Source of the DNA: Candidatus Nomurabacteria bacterium
Lineage (GTDB): Bacteria; Patescibacteriota; Saccharimonadia; Saccharimonadales; JAGQNJ01
NCBI GenBank assembly: GCA_023898625.1
Contig: CP060231.1
Span: forward strand, 673,890-737,889
Length of the DNA: 64,000 nt
Direction: 5' to 3'
The position numbers were made by a program, and so were the translations under genes. This document shows positions 28,978-38,276 of this stretch, piece after piece. The notes beneath the pieces were generated by a model. It was not told the DNA's origin and did not search any database. It worked only from the letters and a program-made list of their open reading frames with translations. Numbering within the stretch: position 1 is the stretch's first letter; each line of letters begins with the position of its first letter.

Positions 28978-29745
28978 ATGAATACGTTATCGTATATAGT
29001 TATCTTTTCTATTATTGGCAGTATTGTTTCGTTAATTGGTGGTGTCTTATTATTGAGTAATCAAAAATCTGCCCATAAGCTAGCATTATATGCCACACCT
29101 TTTGCAGGTGGCGCGTTATTAGCAGCGGTTTTTGTTGATTTGCTCCCTGAGGGGATTGAGTATGAGTCGGCATCAACCGTATTGATAGCTACAATGACCG
29201 GAATGATAATCTTTTTCTTAGCAGAAGGGGGGCTAAGATGGTTTCATCATCATCACGAACATGAGCATGGCCACGGACGACAGTCATCGCCAGGCTTGAT
29301 AGTTGTCGGCGATACAGTTCATAACGCCTTAGATGGTGTAGCTATTGCGGCCAGCTTTATGATTAGTATACCCACCGGTGTTGTGACTACCTTGGCGGTT
29401 GCAGCACACGAAATTCCTCAGGAGATTGGTGACTTTGGTCTACTGTTAGCAAAAGGCTATTCCCGCAAGAAAGTTTTATTGGCAAATTTGTTAAGCGCAT
29501 TTGCAACACTCGTGGGAGCAATACTAACATATGTTTTGGGCTCTAGTGATGCTTTGCCAGTTGGTGCATTGCTGGGTCTTAGTGCGGGATTTTTATTATA
29601 TATATCTGCCAGCGATGTTATTCCTACTATTCACGAATCAAAAGGCAGTCACAATTCTTTCCTTAACCAAGCATTATTATTCTTAGGGGGTGTTGTTTTA
29701 GTATCGGTGTTTACAGTTTTAGCGCACAATATCGCTTCTGTATGA
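28978..29745 (+). CDS. zupT: ZIP-family metal (zinc) transporter
   Basis: His-rich loop HHHHEHEHGHG and HEIPQEIGDF motif; TGaTAAAAT box 9 nt upstream. Confidence 0.8.
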   Translation: MNTLSYIVIFSIIGSIVSLIGGVLLLSNQKSAHKLALYATPFAGGALLAAVFVDLLPEGIEYESASTVLIATMTGMIIFFLAEGGLRWFHHHHEHEHGHGRQSSPGLIVVGDTVHNALDGVAIAASFMISIPTGVVTTLAVAAHEIPQEIGDFGLLLAKGYSRKKVLLANLLSAFATLVGAILTYVLGSSDALPVGALLGLSAGFLLYISASDVIPTIHESKGSHNSFLNQALLFLGGVVLVSVFTVLAHNIASV

Positions 29746-29796
29746 TTGCATAAGTAAGTTCACACAATATAGGAAAATATAGATATCCATTATACA

Positions 29797-30870
29797 ATGT
29801 CATTAATGGGAATAGCGTACATGGTGGTGATTTTGTTGCTGATCGTGGGATTTGGTTTAGTTATTTATGTCATGAATTTAAAGATTAAGGAGCTTAAACA
29901 AGAATCAACCACACAACTACTTAAACAAGATATTACAAATCTTAACAATTCAGTACAACAGATTAATGATGGGTTAAAATCCCACTTAACTTCTAGGTTA
30001 GATAGAAGCCAAGATCAAATCACCAAACAATATGAGGCCAGTAACAAAATAATTAGAGACGTTACTCAGAAACTAGAAAAATTAGAAAACACCAATCGTA
30101 ATGTAGGTGAAATCGCTACAGAGTTAAAGACTCTACAAAATGTGCTACAAAACCCAAAACAACGTGGTGTTTTAGGAGAATACTATCTTGCACAGATACT
30201 AGAGAATGTTTTGCCTTCCGGGGCATTTGAACTACAGTACAAAATTGCTGAGGGGTTGGTGGTCGATGCGGTAATAAAAATGGATAACAAGTTGTTGCCG
30301 ATTGATAGTAAATTTCCTCTTGAAAATTACAACAGAATGATCGAGGCTGATGCGAGCAAACAAGAATCTCTGAGCCGAGCCTTCAAAGAAGATGTAAAAA
30401 AACGCATTGATGAAACTTCAAAATACATAAAACCCACCAAGCATACCCTAGATCAAGCTTTAATGTTTATCCCAAGCGAGGCCATATATTATGATTTATT
30501 AGCAAACAAGATTGGTGCCGGTGGTGTTAGTAGCAGAAATATGATGCAATATGCGTTAGAAAAGAAAGTTACTATCGTCGGTCCAAGTACTCTTTCTGCA
30601 ATGCTTCAGACAATAGGCCAGGGATTAAGAAATATCGAAATTCATAAAGATACTGAAAAAATTCGTCAAAATATTGAGCAACTGCAAAAACATCTAATGG
30701 CTTATAATGCATACTATGTTAAGCTGGGTAATTCTCTGGGTGCAACAGTTAGCCATTATAATAACGCTAGCAAAGAACTAGGGAAGATTGATAAGGATAT
30801 TGTTAAAATTGGTGGTGGCGAGGAAGTGATTGAAGTAGAACTGTTAGACAAGCCAAAAGAAATAGAATAA
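29797..30870 (+). CDS. rmuC: DNA recombination protein RmuC
   Basis: N-terminal TM helix, long coiled coil and a C-terminal RmuC nuclease-like region (MFIPSEAIY). The alternative start at 29806 lies 7 nt after TACAAT. Confidence 0.8.
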   Translation: MSLMGIAYMVVILLLIVGFGLVIYVMNLKIKELKQESTTQLLKQDITNLNNSVQQINDGLKSHLTSRLDRSQDQITKQYEASNKIIRDVTQKLEKLENTNRNVGEIATELKTLQNVLQNPKQRGVLGEYYLAQILENVLPSGAFELQYKIAEGLVVDAVIKMDNKLLPIDSKFPLENYNRMIEADASKQESLSRAFKEDVKKRIDETSKYIKPTKHTLDQALMFIPSEAIYYDLLANKIGAGGVSSRNMMQYALEKKVTIVGPSTLSAMLQTIGQGLRNIEIHKDTEKIRQNIEQLQKHLMAYNAYYVKLGNSLGATVSHYNNASKELGKIDKDIVKIGGGEEVIEVELLDKPKEIE

Positions 30871-30915
30871 TTGTCCTATTGATTAGCGGTAGTCATTCTG
30901 CGATAATCACTTGCT

Positions 30916-31113
30916 ATGAAAGATATATTTGAAGTGCCAGAATCTGAATTTGACCCGTATCTGGATAAACTAGTCATGACTACCGCAATTGGCTGTTTGT
31001 CAACGTCACTTAGTATGTATAACGATGCTATTAGGAATGGGTTATCCCCTGAGGAGGCTTACTCTTTGGCTTTATCGCCAATGGAGTCATATCGCGAGCT
31101 AGCAAATCAATAG
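30916..31113 (+). CDS. small hypothetical protein
   Basis: 65-aa ORF; its 3-prime end overlaps the convergent hydrolase gene by 83 nt, so one of the two ends is uncertain. Confidence 0.35.
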   Translation: MKDIFEVPESEFDPYLDKLVMTTAIGCLSTSLSMYNDAIRNGLSPEEAYSLALSPMESYRELANQ

Positions 31114-32407
31114 TAAGCGAAGCTGTCCACGAAAAATTCTTAGCACCAGCCGAATCGCCATTTATTGGTGAAAAATATTCGTTGATTCCAGATTTCGCCA
31201 CTAAATCAATTGTCTTTGATTGCAAATTGTTTGCTTCTGCCTGGTAGCCGTAGCGTCTCAGTCCATCTATAATTAACCAATTGGTATTGATCCATGTAGG
31301 ACCCTGCCAATAGGTTTTTTCTTTAAACCAAGATGAATTTACTGGAACCGATGGCACGGGATAGTCGGTATTGAATAGGTGCTTAGAGCCTAGTAGCTTG
31401 ACGAGTTCTTTGGCGCGCTCTTTAGAAATCACACCAGAATAAAGCGATAGCACTGAACCGATAGTGCTGATTTTTATCAGTTGGTTAGAAATTGTGTCTT
31501 TGCTGTAGTATTGTCCGGTATATGGATCCCATAGTTGCTCAAGTGAATTTTCTGTATTTTGCATTTTGCCTAGGAGTTTTTCTGGTAGGGGCTTATTTAT
31601 AGTCTTGGCTATTTCGCGGAGTAGCCCATTAGCCCTAATAAACATACTATTAAAGCTAATATCGGCAATGGCAATGCCGGTAGGATTTTTTTTGCTAGTA
31701 ACTTTATAATGGTGGCGACGAAGTTTTCTCTGCAAAGAATATAGCAACAATCCATCAATTGTACTTAGTCGTTCGCCTGGTAAGGCTAACTTGCGGTCAG
31801 ATCTTAGGTGCGTAAGAATAGTATCTGATTTTGTTAACCGCACAAGCTTAATCCATAGTGGCATACCATGGGCATGTATTTCTGACATCCAAGGCGGAGT
31901 ATTGTCTAATCCAGACTCCCATGGATGCACAAGACTAATCAGGCCAGACCCATCAAAATCACGTTCGCTGTAAAGCCATTTGTGAAAAGCAAGTAGACCA
32001 GGGAACATCTTTTTATACCACAATTGACGTTCATTTTTTGATAGCATTTCACCAACCCTAACAACTGCTTCTGCAAGCATCGGCGGTTGAGTTATTCCGC
32101 TAGTTGCATAATCATCAGGAGATTGTGGCGATAGATCACTTTGCCAGAAACTAGCGCTTTGCTTTCCGACGAAATCACGAGATAAAATCATGTTTGGGAT
32201 CATTCCATTGTGCCATTGGCCTCGCAGAAGACTAAGCAGTTCTTGTTGTGCACGAGCTACGTCGTAATGACGCTGGCCAATAGCAATAAAGCAACTATCC
32301 CAAAGCCATTGATGGGGATACAACCCGGGCGCAGGTATGGTATGGCTTCCACGATCGTTGTCAACAAGAACATCTATGCATTGTTGATACAGTTCATCAT
32401 TTGACAT
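31031..32407 (-). CDS. (alpha/alpha)6-barrel glycoside hydrolase (GH63/GH15-like, glucosylglycerate-hydrolase or debranching type)
   Basis: 458 aa; YPHQWLWDSCF, VHPWESGLDN and YWQGPTWINTNW motifs typical of this fold. Confidence 0.65.
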   Translation of the reverse strand: MSNDELYQQCIDVLVDNDRGSHTIPAPGLYPHQWLWDSCFIAIGQRHYDVARAQQELLSLLRGQWHNGMIPNMILSRDFVGKQSASFWQSDLSPQSPDDYATSGITQPPMLAEAVVRVGEMLSKNERQLWYKKMFPGLLAFHKWLYSERDFDGSGLISLVHPWESGLDNTPPWMSEIHAHGMPLWIKLVRLTKSDTILTHLRSDRKLALPGERLSTIDGLLLYSLQRKLRRHHYKVTSKKNPTGIAIADISFNSMFIRANGLLREIAKTINKPLPEKLLGKMQNTENSLEQLWDPYTGQYYSKDTISNQLIKISTIGSVLSLYSGVISKERAKELVKLLGSKHLFNTDYPVPSVPVNSSWFKEKTYWQGPTWINTNWLIIDGLRRYGYQAEANNLQSKTIDLVAKSGINEYFSPINGDSAGAKNFSWTASLTIDLLARDMTPLAIKPKSKPPQGITHS

Positions 32408-32438
32408 TATATTACTAGTATAACCTGCTTATGATTTA

Positions 32439-32972
32439 TTAGTAACAGTATTGCCACCCAGGCTTCCACTGTCCTTTAGGACGCCAATTTTCTTTAATTA
32501 CTTGATCCCACGATTTTCTGTTGATGATAACTTCCATTGCTAGCTGTGTTGCTTCGTGGCCAATAATTGCTATGTAGTCATCTTTATGAAAATATTGCAT
32601 ATCTTGCAAAAAAGACTTAATGCGTTCTTCTACCTCTTTGTATGATTCTCCGTTTGGATACGGCGTATCTATGAATTTATGCATTTCCTTTTTGAATTTC
32701 TTGTCTTGGCCATCAAATTTACCATAGTTTGCCTCGCGTAGACGCCAATCGTATCGCAGTGGATGAGTGTCACTAAAGCCAATTTTGGCTGATTCAATAG
32801 CTCGTTGCAGGTCAGAGCAATAGACGACACTAAATGACTGATCATCGATTAACTTTGGCAGTGCTTTGGCTTGATTGATTCCTTCAGGTGATAATTTTCC
32901 CGGAAGCCAGCCAGTAGCCCGATGTTCTTTATTGTCAATTGTAGTACTGTGAGCAAAAAATACTATTTTCAT
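32439..32972 (-). CDS. histidine phosphatase (phosphoglycerate mutase) family protein
   Basis: Start refined to MKIVFFAHS, directly after the yajQ stop; second His motif IIGHEAT; the N-terminal motif is AHS rather than RHG. Confidence 0.6.
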   Translation of the reverse strand: MKIVFFAHSTTIDNKEHRATGWLPGKLSPEGINQAKALPKLIDDQSFSVVYCSDLQRAIESAKIGFSDTHPLRYDWRLREANYGKFDGQDKKFKKEMHKFIDTPYPNGESYKEVEERIKSFLQDMQYFHKDDYIAIIGHEATQLAMEVIINRKSWDQVIKENWRPKGQWKPGWQYCY

Positions 32973-32973
32973 A

Positions 32974-33468
32974 CTACTTGAAGTTTGTAAAATTAATTGG
33001 GAAAGGTAAATCTTTGGATCTGATTGTTTGCATTGCTGTTTGGAGCTCATCTTTCTTTGAGCTCATAACTCGTACTGTTTCACCTTGAACCTGAGCTTTT
33101 ACTTTAGGGATCTCATCTCGTAACAGTTTAGTTATCTGCTTTGCTTTCTCTTGATTCAGACCCTGGACAAAAGGAAAGTTTTTAGTTGATTTTAAATTGG
33201 CAACTATAGGTTCTTGGCTAGCATCTAATACTTTTTGATCAATATTACGACTGGCAAGTTTTTTGCGAACTATATCAATTATAGCCTCTAGCTGATAGTC
33301 ACTATTGCCAGTAATTTTGAACCCAGTTTTATTAGTATCTAACCACTCAATTCTCGCTGGAGTGCCCTTAAAGTCATACCGATTAGAAATTTCTCTTTGA
33401 ACCTGATCAAGTACATTGTTCATCTCTGCTTTATCGAATTCACTAACCACATCAAAGCTAAATTGTGC
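32974..33468 (-). CDS. yajQ: YajQ-family nucleotide-binding protein
   Basis: Start refined to MAQFSFDVVSEFD...RYDFKG, the typical YajQ/UPF0234 N-terminus. Confidence 0.85.
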   Translation of the reverse strand, partial: AQFSFDVVSEFDKAEMNNVLDQVQREISNRYDFKGTPARIEWLDTNKTGFKITGNSDYQLEAIIDIVRKKLASRNIDQKVLDASQEPIVANLKSTKNFPFVQGLNQEKAKQITKLLRDEIPKVKAQVQGETVRVMSSKKDELQTAMQTIRSKDLPFPINFTNFK

Positions 33469-33572
33469 CATTGGTTCCAACCTTTCTTTATATAAAACTA
33501 TCAAAAAGTGTTAAGGGTATTCAAATTATAAGTCTTATATAGGGTAGTTAGCAATGATATAATAGTTTGCAA

Positions 33573-34556
33573 ATGACCTATCAAAACAAGCAGATTGCAG
33601 ATGTAGCTCAAAAACTTCAAAAAGAATTTGAAGAGCTTGATGATAAATCAAAAATTTTAAAGTCAAACCAACTTAAAGCCTTGTATACTCAGATACCTCT
33701 ACTTGACCCCAGCGAAAGATCAACCTTTGGTAAGGAACTGAATCAACTTAAGGGTCAATTGCAAGCGCAGGTAGAAAAAACAACTCAGCACAATGTTGTG
33801 ATTGAACCAATAGATGTTACTGCGCCATTTGCCGAGAACACACCGGTAAATTTGCGCCCAAGACTACTTACTCAAGATAAAGGCAGTAAACACCCTTTAA
33901 CAGTTGAAACAGAACACATTATAGATATATTTACCCGAATGGGATTCGAAGCCGTCGAATCACGTCAATTAGATGACGAGTTTCATATGTTCAGTAGTTT
34001 GAACTTTCCAGAAGGACACCCAGCACGAGATGATTACGACACATTCATCACAACCGATGGTTTAATTGCCCCAGCACACACTAGTACTATGCAAAATCGG
34101 GTATTAAGAAGTAAAACCCCACCAATAAGATATGTAATTCCGGGGCGTGTTTTTCGTAACGAAGACCTTGATGCAACACACGAACATACCTTCTATCAGC
34201 TTGAAGGAGTTTACGTTGATAAGGACATTAATGTCGGGCATCTAATCGCTACATTAAAAACCTTTTTAGAAGAATACTTTCAAGAAGAAATCGAAGTCCG
34301 AACTCAACCTTTCTATTTTCCGTTTACGGAACCCAGTTTTGAATATGCGATAAAGAGGCCAGGCAAAGATTGGTTGGAAATTTTAGGTTGTGGTTTGATT
34401 CACCCCAATGTACTGACTCAAGGTGGTATTGACCCAAAGAAATATAGTGGCTTTGCCTGGGGTTTTGGGATCGACAGACTAGTGATGATGAAATATGGGA
34501 TTGAAGACGTTCGTCACTTCGAATCGGCAAAATTGGATTTTTTGAGGCAGTTTTGA
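33573..34556 (+). CDS. pheS: phenylalanyl-tRNA synthetase alpha subunit
   Basis: Class II motifs (FRNEDLDATHEHTFYQLEG, GFAWGFGIDRL); ATG 9 nt after TGaTATAAT. Confidence 0.95.
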   Translation: MTYQNKQIADVAQKLQKEFEELDDKSKILKSNQLKALYTQIPLLDPSERSTFGKELNQLKGQLQAQVEKTTQHNVVIEPIDVTAPFAENTPVNLRPRLLTQDKGSKHPLTVETEHIIDIFTRMGFEAVESRQLDDEFHMFSSLNFPEGHPARDDYDTFITTDGLIAPAHTSTMQNRVLRSKTPPIRYVIPGRVFRNEDLDATHEHTFYQLEGVYVDKDINVGHLIATLKTFLEEYFQEEIEVRTQPFYFPFTEPSFEYAIKRPGKDWLEILGCGLIHPNVLTQGGIDPKKYSGFAWGFGIDRLVMMKYGIEDVRHFESAKLDFLRQF

Positions 34557-34894
34557 TGAAGATAGTTAAAAAGATATCAATATCAGAATTAAAAACTATG
34601 GCAGAAAAAATGGACGGAAACTTAGTTAAAGCAGATGTTGACGTTGCCAAACAGATTGTAATAGTAGATATGCCTATGCACTTTGAGGGAGAGCAAGAGT
34701 TACTTGAGAAGGGCTCTAGGCAAAAAGATCTTTGGGGTATCAATTTGTTTCCAAAAAAGTTTGGCACTGATGAATTTATAGCTTTTGAATCAATGATAAA
34801 TATCAAACCACGTAGTAATCAGAGTATGACCATACAATCAGAAGAAATATGCAATCAAATCATAGACATTATCGAGGGGGTTGTCTATGAGTAA
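34556..34894 (+). CDS. small conserved hypothetical protein
   Basis: ATG overlaps the pheS stop (TGATG); about 112 aa; no catalytic motif recognised. Confidence 0.55.
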   Translation: MKIVKKISISELKTMAEKMDGNLVKADVDVAKQIVIVDMPMHFEGEQELLEKGSRQKDLWGINLFPKKFGTDEFIAFESMINIKPRSNQSMTIQSEEICNQIIDIIEGVVYE

Positions 34895-35201
34895 TTATCA
34901 TACGGATGCTTTAAAAAATGCTGATATTTTTACGGTTATGGGATCAATTTATGCAGAAGTAGCACGATATGACTCGGCTATTGCGTCTAATAAGATTGAT
35001 CAAGCAAAACAGGCTATCGTTCGAGCTAACGAGCTTATCGAATATTCACAACAATTAGAGCAAATCAATAGGGCGCAAAAGCTTGAGATACAAAAGTTTT
35101 ATGATGTGTTTTTACTGCGTGCACAAAAGTTTAAAATGAGTAATTTAGATAATTATTTATTGCCATTTGCTTTGGCTTCACGAAGGAGGTTGGTTGTATG
35201 A
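34887..35201 (+). CDS. small helical hypothetical protein
   Basis: ATG 6 nt after GAGGGGG; overlaps the upstream stop by 8 nt. Confidence 0.5.
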   Translation: MSNYHTDALKNADIFTVMGSIYAEVARYDSAIASNKIDQAKQAIVRANELIEYSQQLEQINRAQKLEIQKFYDVFLLRAQKFKMSNLDNYLLPFALASRRRLVV

Positions 35202-35626
35202 ATCTGCAGACAGTTAGTGAGTTTTTAGATACTCAAGAAACATGTGTCTTATCGACTGTTAGTAGTGAAGGCTGGCCAATGTCGGCGACAGTTGGATTTT
35301 CTCATGATAGTGAATTTGCGATATTAATTGGCACTGATAATACAACTCGCAAGTACAAAAATTTAATTAGCAACTCAAAAGTGTCTATTGTGGTGGGTGT
35401 AACTTCGCCAAAGACCGTCCAGATTCAAGGTGTTGCTAAAGAGGTCAATGCTGATGATATAGCCAATAGACTGGAGCTACATTTTAATAAATTGCCTTCT
35501 GCAAAAACTTTCTATGACACACCAGGTCAACGATATTTTATCATCACTCCTACCTGGTTAAGGATGACGGATTATTCACAAAAGCCATCAATTTTTGAAG
35601 CAGAGGAGTTTAATTATGAAGATTAG
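35198..35626 (+). CDS. pyridoxamine 5-prime-phosphate oxidase-like FMN-binding split-barrel protein
   Basis: 142 aa; ETCVLSTVSSEGWPMSATV... resembles the PNPOx/general-stress-26 family; ATGA overlap and GAAGGAGG upstream. Confidence 0.65.
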   Translation: MNLQTVSEFLDTQETCVLSTVSSEGWPMSATVGFSHDSEFAILIGTDNTTRKYKNLISNSKVSIVVGVTSPKTVQIQGVAKEVNADDIANRLELHFNKLPSAKTFYDTPGQRYFIITPTWLRMTDYSQKPSIFEAEEFNYED

Positions 35627-38105
35627 TGTTAACTGGATCAAAGAATTTACCGACATTAAGTTATCCGTAGATGAACTGGTCGCTAAGATTGGCTCTCAGC
35701 TCGGTGAAGTGGAGGAAGTAATCAATCTGGGTGAGCGATACCAAGGGATTATCGTAGCAAAAGTTGTTGCTTGCGAAAAACACCCAAATGCCGATAGGCT
35801 TAACGTTTGTTTGTTGGATGATGGAGGGGTAACTAAGGGTGTCAAAAGAAACAAGGATGGATTTGTTCAGGTTGTATGCGGTGCGCCTAATGTCAGAAAA
35901 GGTATTTCTGTGGCTTGGTTGCCTCCAGGCGTAATAGTGCCTAGTTCGTATACCAATGAACAGTTTAGACTCGAAGCTCGGGAACTGCGAGGTGTGCTTA
36001 GTAACGGCATGATTGCAAGTGGTCAAGAGTTGGCGATTAATAACGATCATTCCGGAATACTTATACTCGATAAACCCGCAAAACCAGGTGAACTATTTGC
36101 TGATATATATCAATTAAATGACTATATAATTGATGTTGAAAATAAGATGTTTACTCATCGACCAGATTGTTTTGGTCAACTTGGCATAGCCCGTGAAATA
36201 GCTGGAATATCTGGAATAAAGTTTATTAGCCCTGATTGGTACCTGAGCGAGATGGATAGCTTAAAGCCAGAATCTTCTGCAAATCTACAGGTTAGTATTG
36301 ATAACAAATTACCAGATACAGTACCCCGTTTTATGCTTTTGCCTATGAGTGATGTTAAGGTTAATCAGGCGCCGATAATGATTCAGAGCTTTTTGAGTCG
36401 TGTTGGCATTAATCCAGTTAATAATATAGTTGATATCACAAATTTTGTGATGGCCCTAACAGCACAGCCGATGCATGCCTATGATTTCGATAAATTAACT
36501 GCACTAGATAATGCAAAAGTTGCAAATTTTGTAATCAGAAAGTCAAAAAAGGGCGAAAAGATCGCTTTACTAAACGGCAAAACTGTCGAACCTACAGAAG
36601 ATTCAATTATGATTGCCACAAAAAGTTCTTCAATTGGTATTGGGGGTGTAATGGGTGGGTCTTCAACAGAGGTTGATTATAATACAAAGAATATTGTACT
36701 CGAATGCGCTAGCTTTGATATGTATGCCATAAGACGTTCTAGTATGTCAAACGGCTTGTTTACTGATGCAGTTACCAGATTTAGTAAAGGTCAGAGCCAA
36801 AGACAAAATGATCGAATTATGGCATATGCAACAGCGTGGGTTAAAAAATTAGCTGGAGGAAAGGTTGCCGGCAAACTCCAAGACGATTTAGAAAACTTTG
36901 GCAAAATCAAACCAGTCACAGTTAGTGTAGAATTTATAAACCAGAGACTAGGATCCACGTTTTCTGCTAAGCAAATTATTAAACTGCTTAGTAATGTCGA
37001 ATTTCTAGTTGAAGAAAAGGGTGGCAATTTGTATGTCACAGTACCGTTTTGGCGAACAGATATTGAAATTGCCGAAGATATTGTTGAGGAAGTTGGACGA
37101 CTGCACGGATATGACAACCTACCAAAGAACCTACCTTATAGGGATATTACGCCCGCTAGTAATAATTCAATACTTCAAATTAAGTCTAAAGCTAGGAACA
37201 TATTATCCTCTGCTGGTGCGAATGAAGTATTAACATATAGTTTTGTTCACGGAAGATTACTGGATGCGGTGGGGCAGGATAAAAATATTGCTTATAAAAT
37301 AAACAATGCATTAAGCCCTCAACTACAATATTATCGATTGAGTTTATTGCCGAGTTTACTTGAAAAGGTCCATCCAAATATTAAGTCTGGCCATAGTGAA
37401 TTTGCGATGTTCGAAATAAACAAAACTCACGATAAATCTAATATACATGAAGATGGTTTACCGATTGAAGAGGAACGTTTAGCGTTGGTTTTTGTAGCAG
37501 ACACTAAAACCGCCAAAGAATATCAAGGGAGTGCCTTTTATCAGGCTAAGATATATTTACAGTCATTACTTAAATCTTTCGGCTTTGAGGATTTGGTTTT
37601 TCAGCCTGCGTCATCACACAAGCCTAAAACAGAAACGGGCAAGCAAATTCTAGCACCATTTGAGCTGACTCGTACGGCATATTGTAAAACGAAAGATGGC
37701 GTACTGCTAGGGGTTATTGGAGAGATTAACCACAAAGTTAAAGCTAATATGAAGTTACCAGAATTCATAGCTGGTTTTGAAGTAAATCTAAAAATGCTAG
37801 ATGCATACAAGGGGTCTTTGGCCTACAAACCATTGCCGAGGTTCCCTAAGACTCAACAAGATATCACCCTTAAGGTGTCGCTTGATATTCCGCATGCAAC
37901 TATTGAACAAAGTTTATTAACAGAGCTATCAAAAATATCAAAAGAGCACGGTTATGTGACAGAAATATCTACCATTGATATTTATAAGAAAGATAATAGC
38001 AAGAATGTAACTTTTAGGATTCAACTACACCATCCAGAACGTACTTTGACTACACAAGAGGTTAATAAAGTTATAGATACCGTGGCGGGTTTGGGTCAAA
38101 AATAG
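35616..38105 (+). CDS. pheT: phenylalanyl-tRNA synthetase beta subunit
   Basis: Start refined to MKISVNWIKEF, the typical PheT N-terminus, after GGAG; tRNA-binding, B3/4, B5 and FDX-ACB length. Confidence 0.95.
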   Translation: MKISVNWIKEFTDIKLSVDELVAKIGSQLGEVEEVINLGERYQGIIVAKVVACEKHPNADRLNVCLLDDGGVTKGVKRNKDGFVQVVCGAPNVRKGISVAWLPPGVIVPSSYTNEQFRLEARELRGVLSNGMIASGQELAINNDHSGILILDKPAKPGELFADIYQLNDYIIDVENKMFTHRPDCFGQLGIAREIAGISGIKFISPDWYLSEMDSLKPESSANLQVSIDNKLPDTVPRFMLLPMSDVKVNQAPIMIQSFLSRVGINPVNNIVDITNFVMALTAQPMHAYDFDKLTALDNAKVANFVIRKSKKGEKIALLNGKTVEPTEDSIMIATKSSSIGIGGVMGGSSTEVDYNTKNIVLECASFDMYAIRRSSMSNGLFTDAVTRFSKGQSQRQNDRIMAYATAWVKKLAGGKVAGKLQDDLENFGKIKPVTVSVEFINQRLGSTFSAKQIIKLLSNVEFLVEEKGGNLYVTVPFWRTDIEIAEDIVEEVGRLHGYDNLPKNLPYRDITPASNNSILQIKSKARNILSSAGANEVLTYSFVHGRLLDAVGQDKNIAYKINNALSPQLQYYRLSLLPSLLEKVHPNIKSGHSEFAMFEINKTHDKSNIHEDGLPIEEERLALVFVADTKTAKEYQGSAFYQAKIYLQSLLKSFGFEDLVFQPASSHKPKTETGKQILAPFELTRTAYCKTKDGVLLGVIGEINHKVKANMKLPEFIAGFEVNLKMLDAYKGSLAYKPLPRFPKTQQDITLKVSLDIPHATIEQSLLTELSKISKEHGYVTEISTIDIYKKDNSKNVTFRIQLHHPERTLTTQEVNKVIDTVAGLGQK

Positions 38106-38276
38106 TTTTTTTGGATCGCAAAATGTAATTTATATATAAATGACTACATGTTGGTGCTGAATTTTTTAGTTGAAGTCGCTCTGCTGACATGCTTTTCATT
38201 GACCTCTCCTAAATCGGCATGCTAACATAAAGCTAATACTTAATTCTAAGAGGGCTCATCAATATAGTAATTACTT

